A stretch of 63,522 nt of DNA, counting the filler, from Octopus bimaculoides (Eukaryota), in assembly GCF_001194135.2 (NCBI RefSeq). It is 3 parts of 3 records of this genome, joined end to end, with 100 filler letters (N's around TTAATTAATTAA, not from the genome) between each part and the next. Parts side by side here need not be neighbours in the genome. Positions count along the whole stretch, not along the records: positions 1 to 17,103 come from NC_068993.1; 2 more parts are not named here. The stretch is one strand, 5' to 3'. Under the pieces are notes generated by a model, which ran no database searches, was not told the origin of the DNA, and worked only from the letters and a program-made list of their open reading frames with translations. Position 1 is the first letter of the stretch. The number at the start of each line of letters is the position of its first letter. Below, piece after piece: positions 1 through 14,412 of this stretch. The position numbers and the translations under genes were made by a program.

Positions 1-7
1 CTATGTG

Positions 8-40
<33 letters not shown>

Positions 41-52
41 CCATCTATCTAT

Positions 53-104
<52 letters not shown>

Positions 105-228
105 ATATATATATATATATTTATATATATGTGTGTGTGAATATGTACATATATGTAAATAGATATATAGATACGTGCCTGTATATTTATGCATCTATGC
201 ATGTTTGTACGTGTACATTTAAGTATGC

Positions 229-264
<36 letters not shown>

Positions 265-277
265 AGAACGAGGGAGC

Positions 278-368
<91 letters not shown>
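1..368. repeat. Compound microsatellite (TA)n/(TATC)n/(GA)n
   Basis: Direct reading; (GA)n at about 281-368. Confidence 0.98.
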
Positions 369-372
<4 letters not shown>

Positions 373-504
373 GAAGCGCACAGATTTGTAATATGAACAA
401 AAGTAAATGTTTAGATTCGTCAACAATAATTTGAGAGAGAAAAACTAACGAATCCGGTGACAGAACGAGAATCACCGATCACTTTGTTATTGAGGGGGTA
501 TGAT

Positions 505-551
<47 letters not shown>

Positions 552-564
552 AATAATAATAATA

Positions 565-1012
565 ATGCAGTATCAGGCCGTGGCTTTCATGGCTTTTGAT
601 CTTAATTGATTGGAAGTGGTATCATGTACATTGTTTTGTCTTGGTATAAAAGATTGGCTACAGCAAATATTCTGCTCAATATCACAGATTTGCTTGTCAT
701 TTGTTTGACCTTAACCAGTTGAGCATGTCCCTTTAATGGCTGACGATATGTGCATCCCCGATCACGAGCAGAAGTAGTGGGAAGCATCATAACCATGTGT
801 TGAGAGGGATTCCTTGGGGTTTGAATAATTCACCTTTGGAAACGTGGGTGTTTTGCTCAACATCTTTAAACAACCTTTATTCAGGGACCTTTTGAGCGGG
901 ATGGGGACTACTCAACCTTAAGAAAATTCTAACTGGGCTCCCAGCTGCAAGGTCATGAGCTGTTAATCTTAATATGAGCTCACAATGTCACGCACATATG
1001 GTTGTGATGCAC
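565..1012. mobile_element. Unclassified interspersed repeat (family F) next to (CAA)n(TAA)n
   Basis: Single copy here. I recognise it from memory as an abundant octopus repeat, which cannot be verified within the window. Confidence 0.45.
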
Positions 1013-1133
1013 ACTTTATTGTCTTAAATAAAGAAGGCAAACATTGGACAATGTAATACTTCAGTACGTCGAAACAGACGGGATGGTCACTGCTGGAATG
1101 TCCTTGATCTGTTCAGTGAATGGTGATCTGAGG

Positions 1134-1200
1134 CAACAACAGCAATAGCAGTAGCAACAAAAACAACAGCAGCAGAAGCAGCAGCAGCAACAACAGCTGC

Positions 1201-1240
<40 letters not shown>
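1134..1240. repeat. (CAA/CAG)n microsatellite; similar tracts at 505-566 and 2056-2175
   Basis: Direct reading. Confidence 0.97.
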
Positions 1241-4200
1241 TGGACAAAAATCCATTTGGCAATTTGTTGATAAAGTTTCTAACATTGAAATAATGAGCGA
1301 AATATTTAAAATGTTTGTTGAGCAAAGACAGCGACTTTGAGGCTGGTAATGGCCTGCTTGGTTAATGATAGGCCGGAAATATAATTCATAGAAAAACCGG
1401 ATTAATTAGTGGCCGTATTTGATAAATTATCAATGTAGATTAATTAGTAGCCGTATTTCAGAATAAGTTTCTATTCATCGGCCAGGAAATATGGATTATA
1501 TATTGAAAAAAAATAATTGAGATTTACTGAAAAACCTTGCTTTTAAGATGGCGTCTAAAATAGCATGACATAAATATTTATTAGTGAATGCCTATTTGTC
1601 AGGGACAGGACTTGATCAATGATTGATTGGATTAGTTCGATAATAGCAGGTAAATTGGATTAATCTAATAATAAACAATTGGGTGAATGGCAGGGTTGGT
1701 AGAACGTCGAACAAAATGCTTTGTCATGTTTGGCTGCGTCACATTATGCATCAAGTTCAAATAGCATCCGGGTCAAATTCTTTCTCTTCTTCTGGGGGTC
1801 TGTAAAATAACGGCCAAAGTAGTGAGATCAATTAATTTGACTAAACCCCTGGAAGGGAGTGCCCCAGCATGACCGTGGGCCAATGAATGACTGAGCCATC
1901 AAGGGAACATCTACACAGTCACTCGGCCTCTCAGACGGAGCAGCCAAATAGCCTCAAATCAAGACAATGTAGCTCTAGATGTATAAAAACGCCATTTTGA
2001 CTTTTGAAATACCTTTGATTCTAAATTTTCTCAATCTGGGCTGACCTGGGGCTAGACAACAACAACAAGTACAGCAGCAGCAACAACAACAACTGCAACA
2101 ACATCAACAACAACAAAAACAACAACAACAACAACAATAACAACAACGACAACAACGATAACAACAACAACAGCAGCTTAAAAACAATTCAATGAATAGA
2201 TCTAATGAAAAGAAGTTGAGGAAATTGTTGAAGGTTTTGTTGGTTCGGGTTTCGAGTTTTGTCGATTTTGTGAGAAAGGTGGAGTGGGAGGGCGGAGGCG
2301 AGAGAGAGAAAGGAAAGAAAGAAAAGAAAGAGAAGAAAGATTTATCGACACCAGAATTTGACTGGTACTTTATTTATCGACCTTGAAAAGATGACCTTGG
2401 TGGGATTTGAACTCAGCGTGTAAAGTAGGAACAAATACCGCAATGCATTCTACCCAACGCTCTTACCATTCAATCAATTTGTCCTCTTGAGATAGGGAGG
2501 GGAAGAGGGAGAAGAGAGAGGGGGAAGAAGAGAAAGAAGAGGAAAAAAAGAGGGACAGCGAGAGAAATACAGAAAAGGGAAGTGAAAGAGCGAGACGGAG
2601 AAAGGAGAAAGAATAGGTTGTAGTGAGGAAGTGAAAGAAAAAAAGATTTCAAAGATCTGAGATTTGTTCTTTCCGTTAGAGATTCTCTGAGATCGGTCGG
2701 CCATAATCGAACACGTGTTGAATTCCAGACATGAGAACGCTTCAACGTGGTGGCCTGACCTGCCAGAAATAGCAGATAAATCTCTCACATTACACCCGGT
2801 TTCACTCAGAAGGCTTGAGTCGACTCGAAGCTGTATTAGAAACCACTTTCTCAAGGTGGAGATTGAACCTGAAACCTCGCTATTGCGAAGTGAATTTCTT
2901 ATCCACCCGGCTATGCCTTCATGGTATGAATGTGGCATAGTTTGTCATTTCATAGTGTATGGGATGTGTGTGACAGCATGTCACACTCTATCGTAAATAA
3001 TTAGTGAAATACTGTTACAGGATGAATTTTGTAAGGGTTGTGACTCAGTGTGACCTGTTGTGACGCATATGTTGAATGTGACACAATATATCCGAGTAAC
3101 GTATATCTGACAGTGGTTTATACAACGTATGTGACACAGTATATGACAAAATATGTAACACAATATAGAACACAATATGTAAAGCTTTGACTTGTCTAAT
3201 TAGTGTAACACAAATGTCAGGCTGTGACGTATATAACTTTTGTGACGCAATATGTCACACAATGAAGTCTGTAATAAGTGTGACAATGGTAACGTATACG
3301 TTACAGTGTGACACGATATGTCATACTGTAACATATATCACGAATGTCAGTAAAACATGGCGGACAGTGAATATTGCATTAAGTTTCTCTAATCATATGT
3401 TTATCTTAGCGCGCATGAATAATATCTGGGTGGAGGAGAGGTCAAGCCAGCCTTACATTGTATTACCAATGATATCAATGGAATAAAGGCGAGTAGAAGA
3501 AATCATTGAAGATGTCTAAAAGCCGTTTATTGCTGAAAGTTCACGAAATGCTATTTATTTTGTTTCCTGTCTTTAAACAAGTGTTTAGGAAATGCACTGA
3601 GACGAGATAAGGCTGCTTCTGTGAACAGCGAACGCAGCCAGTGATAGCAACATCGCTGGTGTAGTAATGTAGGACAGATGAAAGCTGCTCGGCCACTTAT
3701 CAAACATATACAGTCTCACCTCTCACCTTTGCTGATGGCTAATATAGTATTACCGCTGCTGCTGCTGCTGCTGCTGCTGTTACTGCTGATGGTGCTGCTG
3801 TTGTTGTTCAAACAGAACCAGCAGTCGATAATTATTGGAAGTCATCTGAAAGATTACTTTGGGATGTTTAATAGAATTAAAGAATNNNNNNNNNNNNNNN
3901 NNNNNNNNNNNNNNNNNNNNNNNNNNNNNNNNNNNNNNNNNNNNNNNNNNNNNNNNNNNNNNNNNNNNNNNNNNNNNNNNNNNNNNNNNNNNNNNNNNNN
4001 NNNNNNNNNNNNNNNNNNNNNNNNNNNNNNNNNNNNNNNNNNNNNNNNNNNNNNNNNNNNNNNNNNNNNNNNNNNNNNNNNNNNNNNNNNNNNNNNNNNN
4101 NNNNNNNNNNNNNNNNNNNNNNNNNNNNNNNNNNNNNNNNNNNNNNNNNNNNNNNNNNNNNNNNNNNNNNNNNNNNNNNNNNNNNNNNNNNNNNNNNNNN

Positions 4201-6909
4201 NNNNNNNNNNNNNNNNNNNNNNNNNNNNNNNNNNNNNNNNNNNNNNNNNNNNNNNNNNNNNNNNNNNNNNNNNNNNNNNNNNNNNNNNNNNNNNNNNNNN
4301 NNNNNNNNNNNNNNNNNNNNNNNNNNNNNNNNNNNNNNNNNNNNNNNNNNNNNNNNNNNNNNNNNNNNNNNNNNNNNNNNNNNNNNNNNNNNNNNNNNNN
4401 NNNNNNNNNNNNNNNNNNNNNNNNNNNNNNNNNNNNNNNNNNNNNNNNNNNNNNNNNNNNNNNNNNNNNNATATATATATATATATATATACCGTGGTAT
4501 ACATAGTAATGTATACATAATATAGATATGTGGAGACCACAGAAAAGGAAATAAGTATCGCTAAGAACTAATCAAGGAATCCTCACAGATCCAGCTTTTA
4601 TTATACCCCTACACAGACTTTCTAAGAGTAAATGCCCTCTTCCAGTTAAGAATTTGGTTCTTTTATATCGATCGAATTGATATCAGTTCTTCATTTCATA
4701 AAAAAATATTTTTATTTTGTCTATCTTTTCCCCGTATTTCGTTTGTAAAACATGGAATGTAAACCAAGGCAAAACATGGTCGTTTCTTTAATATTGCAAT
4801 CAATGGATTGACTTTCTGTGGAACAATTTCTCGAATAAGATGTCCTTGATGAAGTCCGATTCTTTGCTTTTCAAAGATTAGTCACGCCAGAGTCTTAAGA
4901 AATATTGGTAAGATCTTTTCATTGATCACTGTAAAAGTTATTTTTATTAGACTGATGATGTTATTAGCATATGTCAGCCATAATACAATCTAAAATGGAC
5001 GGCCGATAATTGCTATGTTCACTTACATATAAGCAGACGATTTCTGATCACGTGTCGAGCTATCGATTAGCATGCGTAGTAGTCTATATTTAATTCTGAT
5101 TAACAACCGTTTTTATTCAGTTCGGAAGATAAAGTCTGTAGTTAGTTAGATTTCATTTCACACTCCTATTGCCGGATAAAGAAAACATTAAAGCAATAAA
5201 CATAAAAACAACAACAGCAGCAACAACAACAACGAATAAACTACTACTGCTATCTCTAGGGAAGGTGTTAAGAAAACAAAACAAAATAATAATAATAATA
5301 ATAAAATCAATAACAAAAGGGCGAAGATTATAGTATCTTCACTGCATCGCGTCTGTTTCGTTTCGCCTGAAAGCTAGTCTTGAAGTAGCAATTACAGCGA
5401 TAATTACAGAGGTTCCAAATCAATTCCAAATGTAAAAAATAGCTTTCCACTCATTAAGTTAGATATTTTAAAATGCTTTTTCGAATTAATTTTATTTTGA
5501 AATAAACAGCTGATGTTTTTGTGTGTGCAGACTGGCGGAAAGCACAAACTATTGAAAAAGAAACTCTCTCTTTATTCAATTAATCGACGCACACAGTTTG
5601 CAGATGTCATCGGGCTAGCAAGCAAATTTATTTCTGGTTCACTGATACATCTTTTCTACTTAATTCGATCTGAAGCATGAACAATTTCCAGCATTTACCT
5701 TCGTTCATATTTGAAGCTTTACTAAACTTTGTGGAGATTTAGTTTAATTTCTTTTTTTTTTCATTGTAGTTTTTTTCATGCTGTTGTTTTATTTATAAAT
5801 TTCATTTGAAAGTTCCCAGTTTTTCAACATTTCACTGAGAATATTCCTCCATTTTGTTTTCGTCGTTTTGCTATTTGCTACGTAGCAAAAGCACAACTAA
5901 ATATCAAAGAAAATGCAACAGGGAGAGAGGGAGAGAGAGAGGGTGGGTGGGTGAGAAAGAGAGCGAAACATCTGGTACCTGATTCTATGTCTGTTGTTGA
6001 TCAGTTCCAGTTGAGACCTGATTGAACCGATCTGTAATCGAAGGTGCTTCAAGTCATGGCCATTTACACGTTTTCGTACCAACCAGTTTATTCTCAGGAC
6101 CGCAACACCCTGTATAACTTTCGATCGTTAAACTCAATAGAATGTGAACTAAGAGAAATTAAACTGTTGTTTATATTGGAGGGTTTACATTATAAATAAA
6201 GACCATATGTTTGGTTAGGCTTGTTGGAATTGAGGAATCTCTTAGTATGTTGGAGGTAGCAAGTTTTATTACCAATCCAATACAACTGATATATTTACGA
6301 GTGGTTGTTATTCTTTAGATCCTGCATACAAAACCATTCTTTCAGCATTCCCCAACATGTGCGTAATCTTTGAGGATGTTACAATCATCATAATCTGTTA
6401 TAAATGATGTCAAGTTCGTTTATTTCACTGTTTATAATTTATTTATCATCTTTGCTAAATGTTAGACATGCAACTATGATTAGCATTTAAATTATTTCTG
6501 TTAATGAATTTCTGTTGCACGTCGTCCGTTGCTGAAACTTTTGGTTATTCTTATTTCCACAATTTTATTTCATGGCTGGTTGAACCTAATCACGTTTCGT
6601 GTTCATGTATGTATGTATGTATGTATGTATGTATGTGTGTATGTATGTATGTATGTATGTGCATGTATGTATGCACAAGTAGAGTAATATTATCACAGAG
6701 AAATAAGCGTACAAATTTGAATAGTTTGTCACCATTAAAGCTTCCGTTCCAATACCACATAATTTAGAATTGGTGTTCTAGATTTAACACGAGTGCAACA
6801 GCTCAGAGACTTGACTTCATAACTTGGAGAAATATCTTCAGATTATCTTGGAGGACATGAACAGAATTTTTTACCTTCTAACTCGATCAGTATTTCGTAG
6901 TTATCGTTG

Positions 6910-7470
6910 TTGTTGTTGTTTAACCGCAGGCGAGGTCAGATTGAGCAGACTTAAGATCAAAGGTATTAGAGCCATGACCATCTTGTTGATTCTTTAGACA
7001 TAACTCAAACAAATCTAGTGTCTTTCTTCTTTATGGATCGCGCTGTATGATTGAAATGAAATTTCGCTACTATTTCTAGTACGTGTAATTACCATTTAGT
7101 GTTCCCGCCGTGACCGTCCCGCCTTAGTTTTCAGACACAGCGTATCTAGAATTACGTTATCTAATATGATGTTCTTTGTTTTTAAGGTGGTAGAATGTTA
7201 TTGGAGGCGATTTGGTTGCTATTTCTAGCAGATTGAACCTTCCCTTTCCTTCTTTTAAAACCACTTGTATTATTTTTGTTGTTAAATTTTGTTGCTTTTG
7301 TTGTTTCAACTCTAAGTCAACTCTGATCGGACTCTGAATCAGATCCACAACCAAAACTCTCCAGCCATGATCATACCACTGTTTACGTAAACGACAACCG
7401 AGGGCTACATGATCTAACATGTCCTTTTCCATGACGGCGAGGTGTGATTTGAGGGCGATTTGGCTGCTGC
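6910..7470. repeat. Cluster of fragments of an old dispersed repeat (family G)
   Basis: Shares GATTT.G.TGCTATTTCTAG and CCATGACCATC motifs with about 1065-1140, 2000-2060, 7790-7920, 20700-20790, 24150-24230, 24640-24710, 46735-46780 and 58980-59050. Confidence 0.6.
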
Positions 7471-9258
7471 CTATCCTTTCTAAAACCCGTAGATTACAGA
7501 GTTGTTAGTGCTTTCAATGCTTATTTGATGCGGTTGTGTTTTAGCTTTAGTGTTAGACTGATGATATAAAACGATAAAAATTTTAAAACATTGGTCTCTA
7601 CAAAATCGAGGCACGATGCCCCATCTCCCGTGAAGTAGTCCATCACTACGTTTCTACGTCAAATATTTTATGAAAAAGTTTCCATGGCCGAAACGTTACA
7701 GCTGAAAATCTAGTCACGGCATTCAAACATATTTTACAGGTTTTAGAAATTAAAATATAATTGTGATACGTAGCTTGTCACGAGCAGAAACACACCAATG
7801 GAAATAGCAGTCAGTTTTCCTTCATATTACTCTACGGTCCTAAAATAATAGGAAGGATGATATTGTCCAAATTCCACACTGCCCAGAGGCAAAGCGACAG
7901 GATGGTCACGCTGGGAGTGCCAGTGATTATAGGTCTATTCAATTGAAGACCGTTTCGAGACTAAAGAAAAAGAACGTTCGGCATCTGTTCGTCAGTTCCA
8001 CACACTGATCAGCTACAATAATAATATATAACGCACGTTATAATTGCGGCGGCCGTCAGTGATGGCTATTTAGAGACCACGTGACTGAAAATGTCTGTTA
8101 ACGATTCAAACAGACTAAATACGACATCAGAGGAGGCCATGTCAGTCGAAGAATAAAGCTGTAATATTATAAATCGAAGAACGTGCGCGCACGCACACAC
8201 ACACACACACACGCACACACTTATACACATACAGATATATATATATGCATACAGACGTGCACGAACATGTAAATGTGTATACATGCGTGTGTGAGTGTGT
8301 GTAAATATATATATATATATATATATANNNNNNNNNNNNNNNNNNNNNNNNNNNNNNNNNNNNNNNNNNNNNNNNNNNNNNNNNNNNNNNNNNNNNNNNN
8401 NNNNNNNNNNNNNNNNNNNNNNNNNNNNNNNNNNNNNNNNNNNNNNNNNNNNNNNNNNNNNNNNNNNNNNNNNNNNNNNNNNNNNNNNNNNNNNNNNNNN
8501 NNNNNNNNNNNNNNNNNNNNNNNNNNNNNNNNNNNNNNNNNNNNNNNNNNNNNNNNNNNNNNNNNNNNNNNNNNNNNNNNNNNNNNNNNNNNNNNNNNNN
8601 NNNNNNNNNNNNNNNNNNNNNNNNNNNNNNNNNNNNNNNNNNNNNNNNNNNNNNNNNNNNNNNNNNNNNNNNNNNNNNNNNNNNNNNNNNNNNNNNNNNN
8701 NNNNNNNNNNNNNNNNNNNNNNNNNNNNNNNNNNNNNNNNNNNNNNNNNNNNNNNNNNNNNNNNNNNNNNNNNNNNNNNNNNNNNNNNNNNNNNNNNNNN
8801 NNNNNNNNNNNNNNNNNNNNNNNNNNNNNNNNNNNNNNNNNNNNNNNNNNNNNNNNNNNNNNNNNNNNNNNNNNNNNNNNNNNNNNNNNNNNNNNNNNNN
8901 NNNNNNNNNNNNNNNNNNNNNNNNNNNNNNNNNNNNNNNNNNNNNNNNNNNNNNNNNNNNNNNNNNNNNNNNNNNNNNNNNNNNNNNNNNNNNNNNNNNN
9001 NNNNNNNNNNNNNNNNNNNNNNNNNNNNNNNNNNNNNNNNNNNNNNNNNNNNNNNNNNNNNNNNNNNNNNNNNNNNNNNNNNNNNNNNNNNNNNNNNNNN
9101 NNNNNNNNNNNNNNNNNNNNNNNNNNNNNNNNNNNNNNNNNNNNNNNNNNNNNNNNNNNNNNNNNNNNNNNNNNNNNNNNNNNNNNNNNNNNNNNNNNNN
9201 NNNNNNNNNNNNNNNNNNNNNNNNNNNNNNNNNNNNNNNNNNNNNNNNNNNNNNNNNN

Positions 9259-9353
9259 TCTTCTTCTTCTTCTTCTTCTTCTTCTTCTTCTTCTTCTTCT
9301 TCTTCTTCTTCTTCTTCTTCTTCTTCTTCTTCTTCTTCTTCTTCTTCTTCTTC
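9259..9353. repeat. (TTC)n microsatellite
   Basis: Direct reading; continues into a gap. Confidence 0.98.
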
Positions 9354-10178
9354 TCTTTGCAGCGTTATAATCTAAAACCAGTTCGTGACATATGCATTGT
9401 AGCATTGTGGCAAGTGTGACTCTGACAAATATTTTTTTTTTCATCGTCTTCTGATTTCCTTCGTTGAACTCATTAATCATACAGCAAACAGCAACTCTGT
9501 CGATAAGAAGGAAGCCATGTCGTAAACTGGTCAACGGAATGGCTAAATGAGATATTTTTCTATGACACTTGCCCGACAAATGACAGCTGGTAGCTCTTTG
9601 AAGATATTATCGGTTTCTCCAAGGAAACATATTGCAAGGGTTAGTTCATAGTATGATATATTCTCAAGTAAACGAAAGATAAGCAACAAACGTCTCTATG
9701 GTGGCCAGCCATTTCTCAATATAGTAGAGTTCTTCAAATGTAGAGGCTATTGCAGAGCTAATCTAGATGCCATCTGATGGGAAATGTTCTTAAACGATCT
9801 GGTCTTGAGGAAATAGTTCTGTGGAAAGCTCGTTGGAAGATGAAAAGAAAGTAAGAATATATGTTTGTTTTAAGAAGTGAAGGCAAGTATGGCCACCCCT
9901 TGTAAGTACATGGAGCCTTTGTCAAGAAGAAACAATCTCTTAATTCTGTTTTATCAAAGTGGACTTGTATTGATTTTTCTCTCAGTTGTTGTTGTTGTTA
10001 CTTTTAACAATAGTTGTTGGTAAAATATTTTAGCGGACTATAATACACATACACACACACGCACACACGCACACACACATTTATTGATACGAATCACATA
10101 TGATTATATGTGTATATACTTACATATTTACATAAGTATGTGTACGTATATATGTATATATATCTGTACATAAATACA

Positions 10179-10222
<44 letters not shown>

Positions 10223-10286
10223 AATACACACGCATATATATATATATATATGCATATACATTCATACATACATACACACGTGTGTG

Positions 10287-10324
<38 letters not shown>

Positions 10325-10473
10325 CATATACACGCATATTTGCATGCGTGCATGCATGCGTGTGTGTGTGTGTACGCGCAATAGCTATGTCTACCGACAA
10401 CTGCCGATACACAGAAACCTGGACCAGAAACCAAGATAGGAATCGGATGATCTCTCTTCAGTTTTCCCTTCTT

Positions 10474-10522
<49 letters not shown>

Positions 10523-10951
10523 ACATATATATATATAAACATACATACATACACAGNNNNNNNNNNNNNNNNNNNNNNNNNNNNNNNNNNNNNNNNNNNN
10601 NNNNNNNNNNNNNNNNNNNNNNNNNNNNNNNNNNNNNNNNNNNNNNNNNNNNNNNNNNNNATATATATGCACACACACACACGTACCTGCTCGTGCACAC
10701 GCCACGTATATATAAACGTGTTTATTCATCCACCAATATATATACGTGTGTATATCCCCCCCCCCACACACATATGCACATACATGAATGTACAACATAT
10801 CAACGATCTTCGATTACTGTGTGTGTGTGTGTGTGAAGGTGTGTGGAGTCGTTAGAGATTATAGCATAATGTACAGTGTATGTATATGTAAGTATCGGCG
10901 TGTGTGTGTGTGGTGGTTGTGCGAATGCTTGTAACAACAGCAGTTTTATTA

Positions 10952-11005
<54 letters not shown>

Positions 11006-11114
11006 GTAGTAGTAGTGGTGGTGGTAGTAGTCCAACACGGCAGAACTCTTCTACCATTTCTATTTCCTTTCATGTCTCCACGTTATGGTTTTATATTCAC
11101 ACTCTATATATGCG

Positions 11115-11270
11115 CAGGCGTTGCTGTCCGGTATGAAGTTTGCTTCCTGGCTTCACGGTCCCGGGTTCAGGTCCACTGCCTGGCACCTAATCTTCTATTA
11201 CGACTCTGGGTCGAGCAAAAATCTTATGGATGGATTTGGTGGATGGAAACTGGAAAAAGCTCATCGCATA
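11115..11270 (+). mobile_element. Diverged SINE-A 5' half
   Basis: GCAGGCGTTGCTGTCCGGTATGAAGTTTGCTTCC..CCGGGTTCAGGTCCACTG..GGATTTGGTGGATGGAAACTG. Confidence 0.75.
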
Positions 11271-11286
11271 TACACACACACATATG

Positions 11287-11348
<62 letters not shown>

Positions 11349-11690
11349 NNNNNNNNNNNNNNNNNNNNNNNNNNNNNNNNNNNNNNNNNNNNNNNNNNNN
11401 NNNNNNNNNNNNNNNNNNNNNNNNNNNNNNNNNNNNNNNNNNNNNNNNNNNNNNNNNNNNNNNNNNNNNNNNNNNNNNNNNNNNNNNNNNNNNNNNNNNN
11501 NNNNNNNNNNNNNNNNNNNNNNNNNNNNNNNNNNNNNNNNNNNNNNNNNNNNNNNNNNNNNNNNNNNNNNNNNNNNNNNNNNNNNNNNNNNNNNNNNNNN
11601 NNNNNNNNNNNNNNNNNNNNNNNNNNNNNNNNNNNNNNNNNNNNNNNNNNNNNNNNNNNNNNNNNNNNNNNNNNNNNNNNNNNNNNNNNN

Positions 11691-11763
<73 letters not shown>

Positions 11764-13515
11764 TATATAATACACACACGTACTATCTGATGTCCCGGGT
11801 TGTTGGAAGGCTATGTTGACTTCGATAGGATTTGAACTCGCTATAGCCTCTGTACAGTGGATGCTCCAACGATTCGGTCAACTCCCTATAATCTCCCTTA
11901 ATATTTCAAACTGAAAACAAATATCCAATCTCTTATTTCATGCGCTTCTTCCCCCACCCCTGTTGGTAACGTTCCGTCCATGTTACACCTCGTCAACTCT
12001 CACCCTTTAAACACTAACGATTGTTATTTAGTGCTGCTGCCGTTGGTGGCGACTGGTACCGTGAAATGTTCTCAGAGCAGAACTTCACCTCACACTTTCT
12101 GCTGTTAACATCGGTTGTGGCCTTAACAAAAAAAAAAAGATATTTTTAAACATGACATTGTCGTTAAATTGCTATCTTCAAGCGTGGACGTAATAATATT
12201 TCTCCGATTTAAATAGATTTTTTTTCGGAAAAACCTAGAATATTGATCAATAAATCAGAAATTTACTGGCGTTTTATTTTTCTCTTGGGGTCCATTAATG
12301 CTTTTAGATCGAAGCAGACAGTTGTGCTTATTAATAATTTGGTATTTGGTTGAGGTGTATAGTTTTTGGTGTTATAATAAATAAGTTATAATATAAGCAG
12401 AAGCGAGGGATGGCTGTGTGTTTAGTCTAAATAACCGTCCTTTCAACAACTGTGGCAAACAAGATGATTATAGTCTACCTTCGTCTATCATTTTGAAAAT
12501 ATCACCGCATAACATTGCCATTAAATATTGAATGTTAACCATAAACTTTATAATCTAACGGAAACATGTTTAAAATATACAAAATATTTCACAAATCGAA
12601 GATATTTTAAACAAGTGAAATCATTGAGAATAGTGAACTGCCTCTTTCTTTTTCCCGCCAATGAGAAGAACATAAATTTTAACATCCCTCCTCGTGACTA
12701 CATTCTATTTTTCTTAACCAAACTTCATAATCTGAAAATAGAATAAATAAATGTTATCATTTTTATTTGATAGTGTTAAATTTAGGAAATAAAATTTAAA
12801 TTATTCATATTCTGTGGAAGCATTCCATTTTTACAGACTTATCGGCCACTGCGGTGCTTATGATCAATTACAGAGTATGCAGGTCTCTTTTAAAGAGCGT
12901 CAATGGCTAACTCTGATCTACTTTGAACTCGCTATTAACCGTTTGAATCTAGAATAATTAGGATAACTTGACATATATTTAAAACATTTCTTATCCTTTT
13001 TCGCTTCATTTTTCTTGATTACATTAACTTGAAACGTGCAATTGATCTCCATATTGCCAAAACACATCATAAATATTGTTCTGTTGTCATATTTCAATAT
13101 TTTTTTACTTTGAATTTATGTCCTGAGTTTTGAAGGTCTGAAGAACTGGGACAAATTCTTGCTGTCTCATGACCTAATATATTTTCTAACAGACCATGAA
13201 CTCTTTCCAACTCTTTCCATGTCTATATATTCTACATCTTTTCATCTTCCGTTTCATGTCAAGTGCATAACGTTCACAGATGCTCACCTCCCCCAACCAC
13301 CTATCGTCATCATTGCACGGATTAATTCAGTGTGTACCAAATGAATTGGATTAACCTTTTAATTAATTTCTTAAGGTTAACTTCTACTTTGTTCTCAAGA
13401 GTTCGATCACAGCCTTCGGCACCAACTTACCACAAGATTATATGGACTTCTGGTTCAAACCATCTTCATTCGCTGTAAATATTCTGTATTTCTTGGGAAG
13501 ATCTAAAATAGTGCA

Positions 13516-13630
13516 GAAGAAGAAGAAGAAGAAGAAGAAGAAGAAGAAGAAGAAGAAGAAGAAGAAAAAGAAGAAGAAGAAGAAGAAGAAGAAGAAGAAG
13601 AAGAAGAAGAAGAAGAAGAAGAAGAAGAAA
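13516..13630. repeat. (GAA)n microsatellite
   Basis: Direct reading. Confidence 0.98.
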
Positions 13631-14355
13631 GCTGAGGAGGGAAGTAGAATAACAACGACAACAACAATATTCTGTACATTGTTGATGAGTCTCTATAATT
13701 GTTGTTGGTGTTTAGCATCAGGCGATCAGTAATCAAGTAGAACTATGGTGAAAAGCATTCAGTAAATGACCATCTCGTCTATTTTCAACACATTGTCGGA
13801 CTTACATTGTCTAGTGTGTCCTTATTAAAGACAGGAAAGTATTATTTCAGAGACATCTGGCTGGTATTTCTAGCCTCTGTATGCGACCACATGGAATTTC
13901 CCTCCCCCCACCACATATAATGATGAATCCCAGACAGTACGTAGTTATCTCCCTTTTATATCCTCGGACCAAAACTGTCGGTGTTTTATATTACATTTAT
14001 TTCGTATCTAAGAAATAAATACCAGCTATATCCTGGGCTGGATACAACCTAGATCCACTACAAGGGAATATTTCAACCAGATACCTAAATAGAAATCCGT
14101 TCTATAAATATTACGTTTTTTTTTTTCTAGACTAATTCCATCAAAAAACTTCAAAGAGAAAAGAATCTTTGAAATCAATCTTTTAATGTTTACGTGTTTC
14201 AGTCGTTAGACTGCGGCCATGCTGCAGCTCTACATTGAACTTTGAGGGGTTTAGGTGAATGATTCGACCCCCGGTACTTATGTTTTAAAAGCCTTTTTGT
14301 AGCGGGCTTCTTNNNNNNNNNNTATATATATACATACATATACACACACGCACAC

Positions 14356-14412
<57 letters not shown>

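Noticed and set aside
7484-7510. AACCCGTAGAT matching the 5' half of miR-100; similar 11-12 nt matches to miR-1 (about 4753) and miR-133 (about 62790)
   Set aside because: The 3' halves diverge from the mature miRNAs and there is no convincing precursor hairpin.
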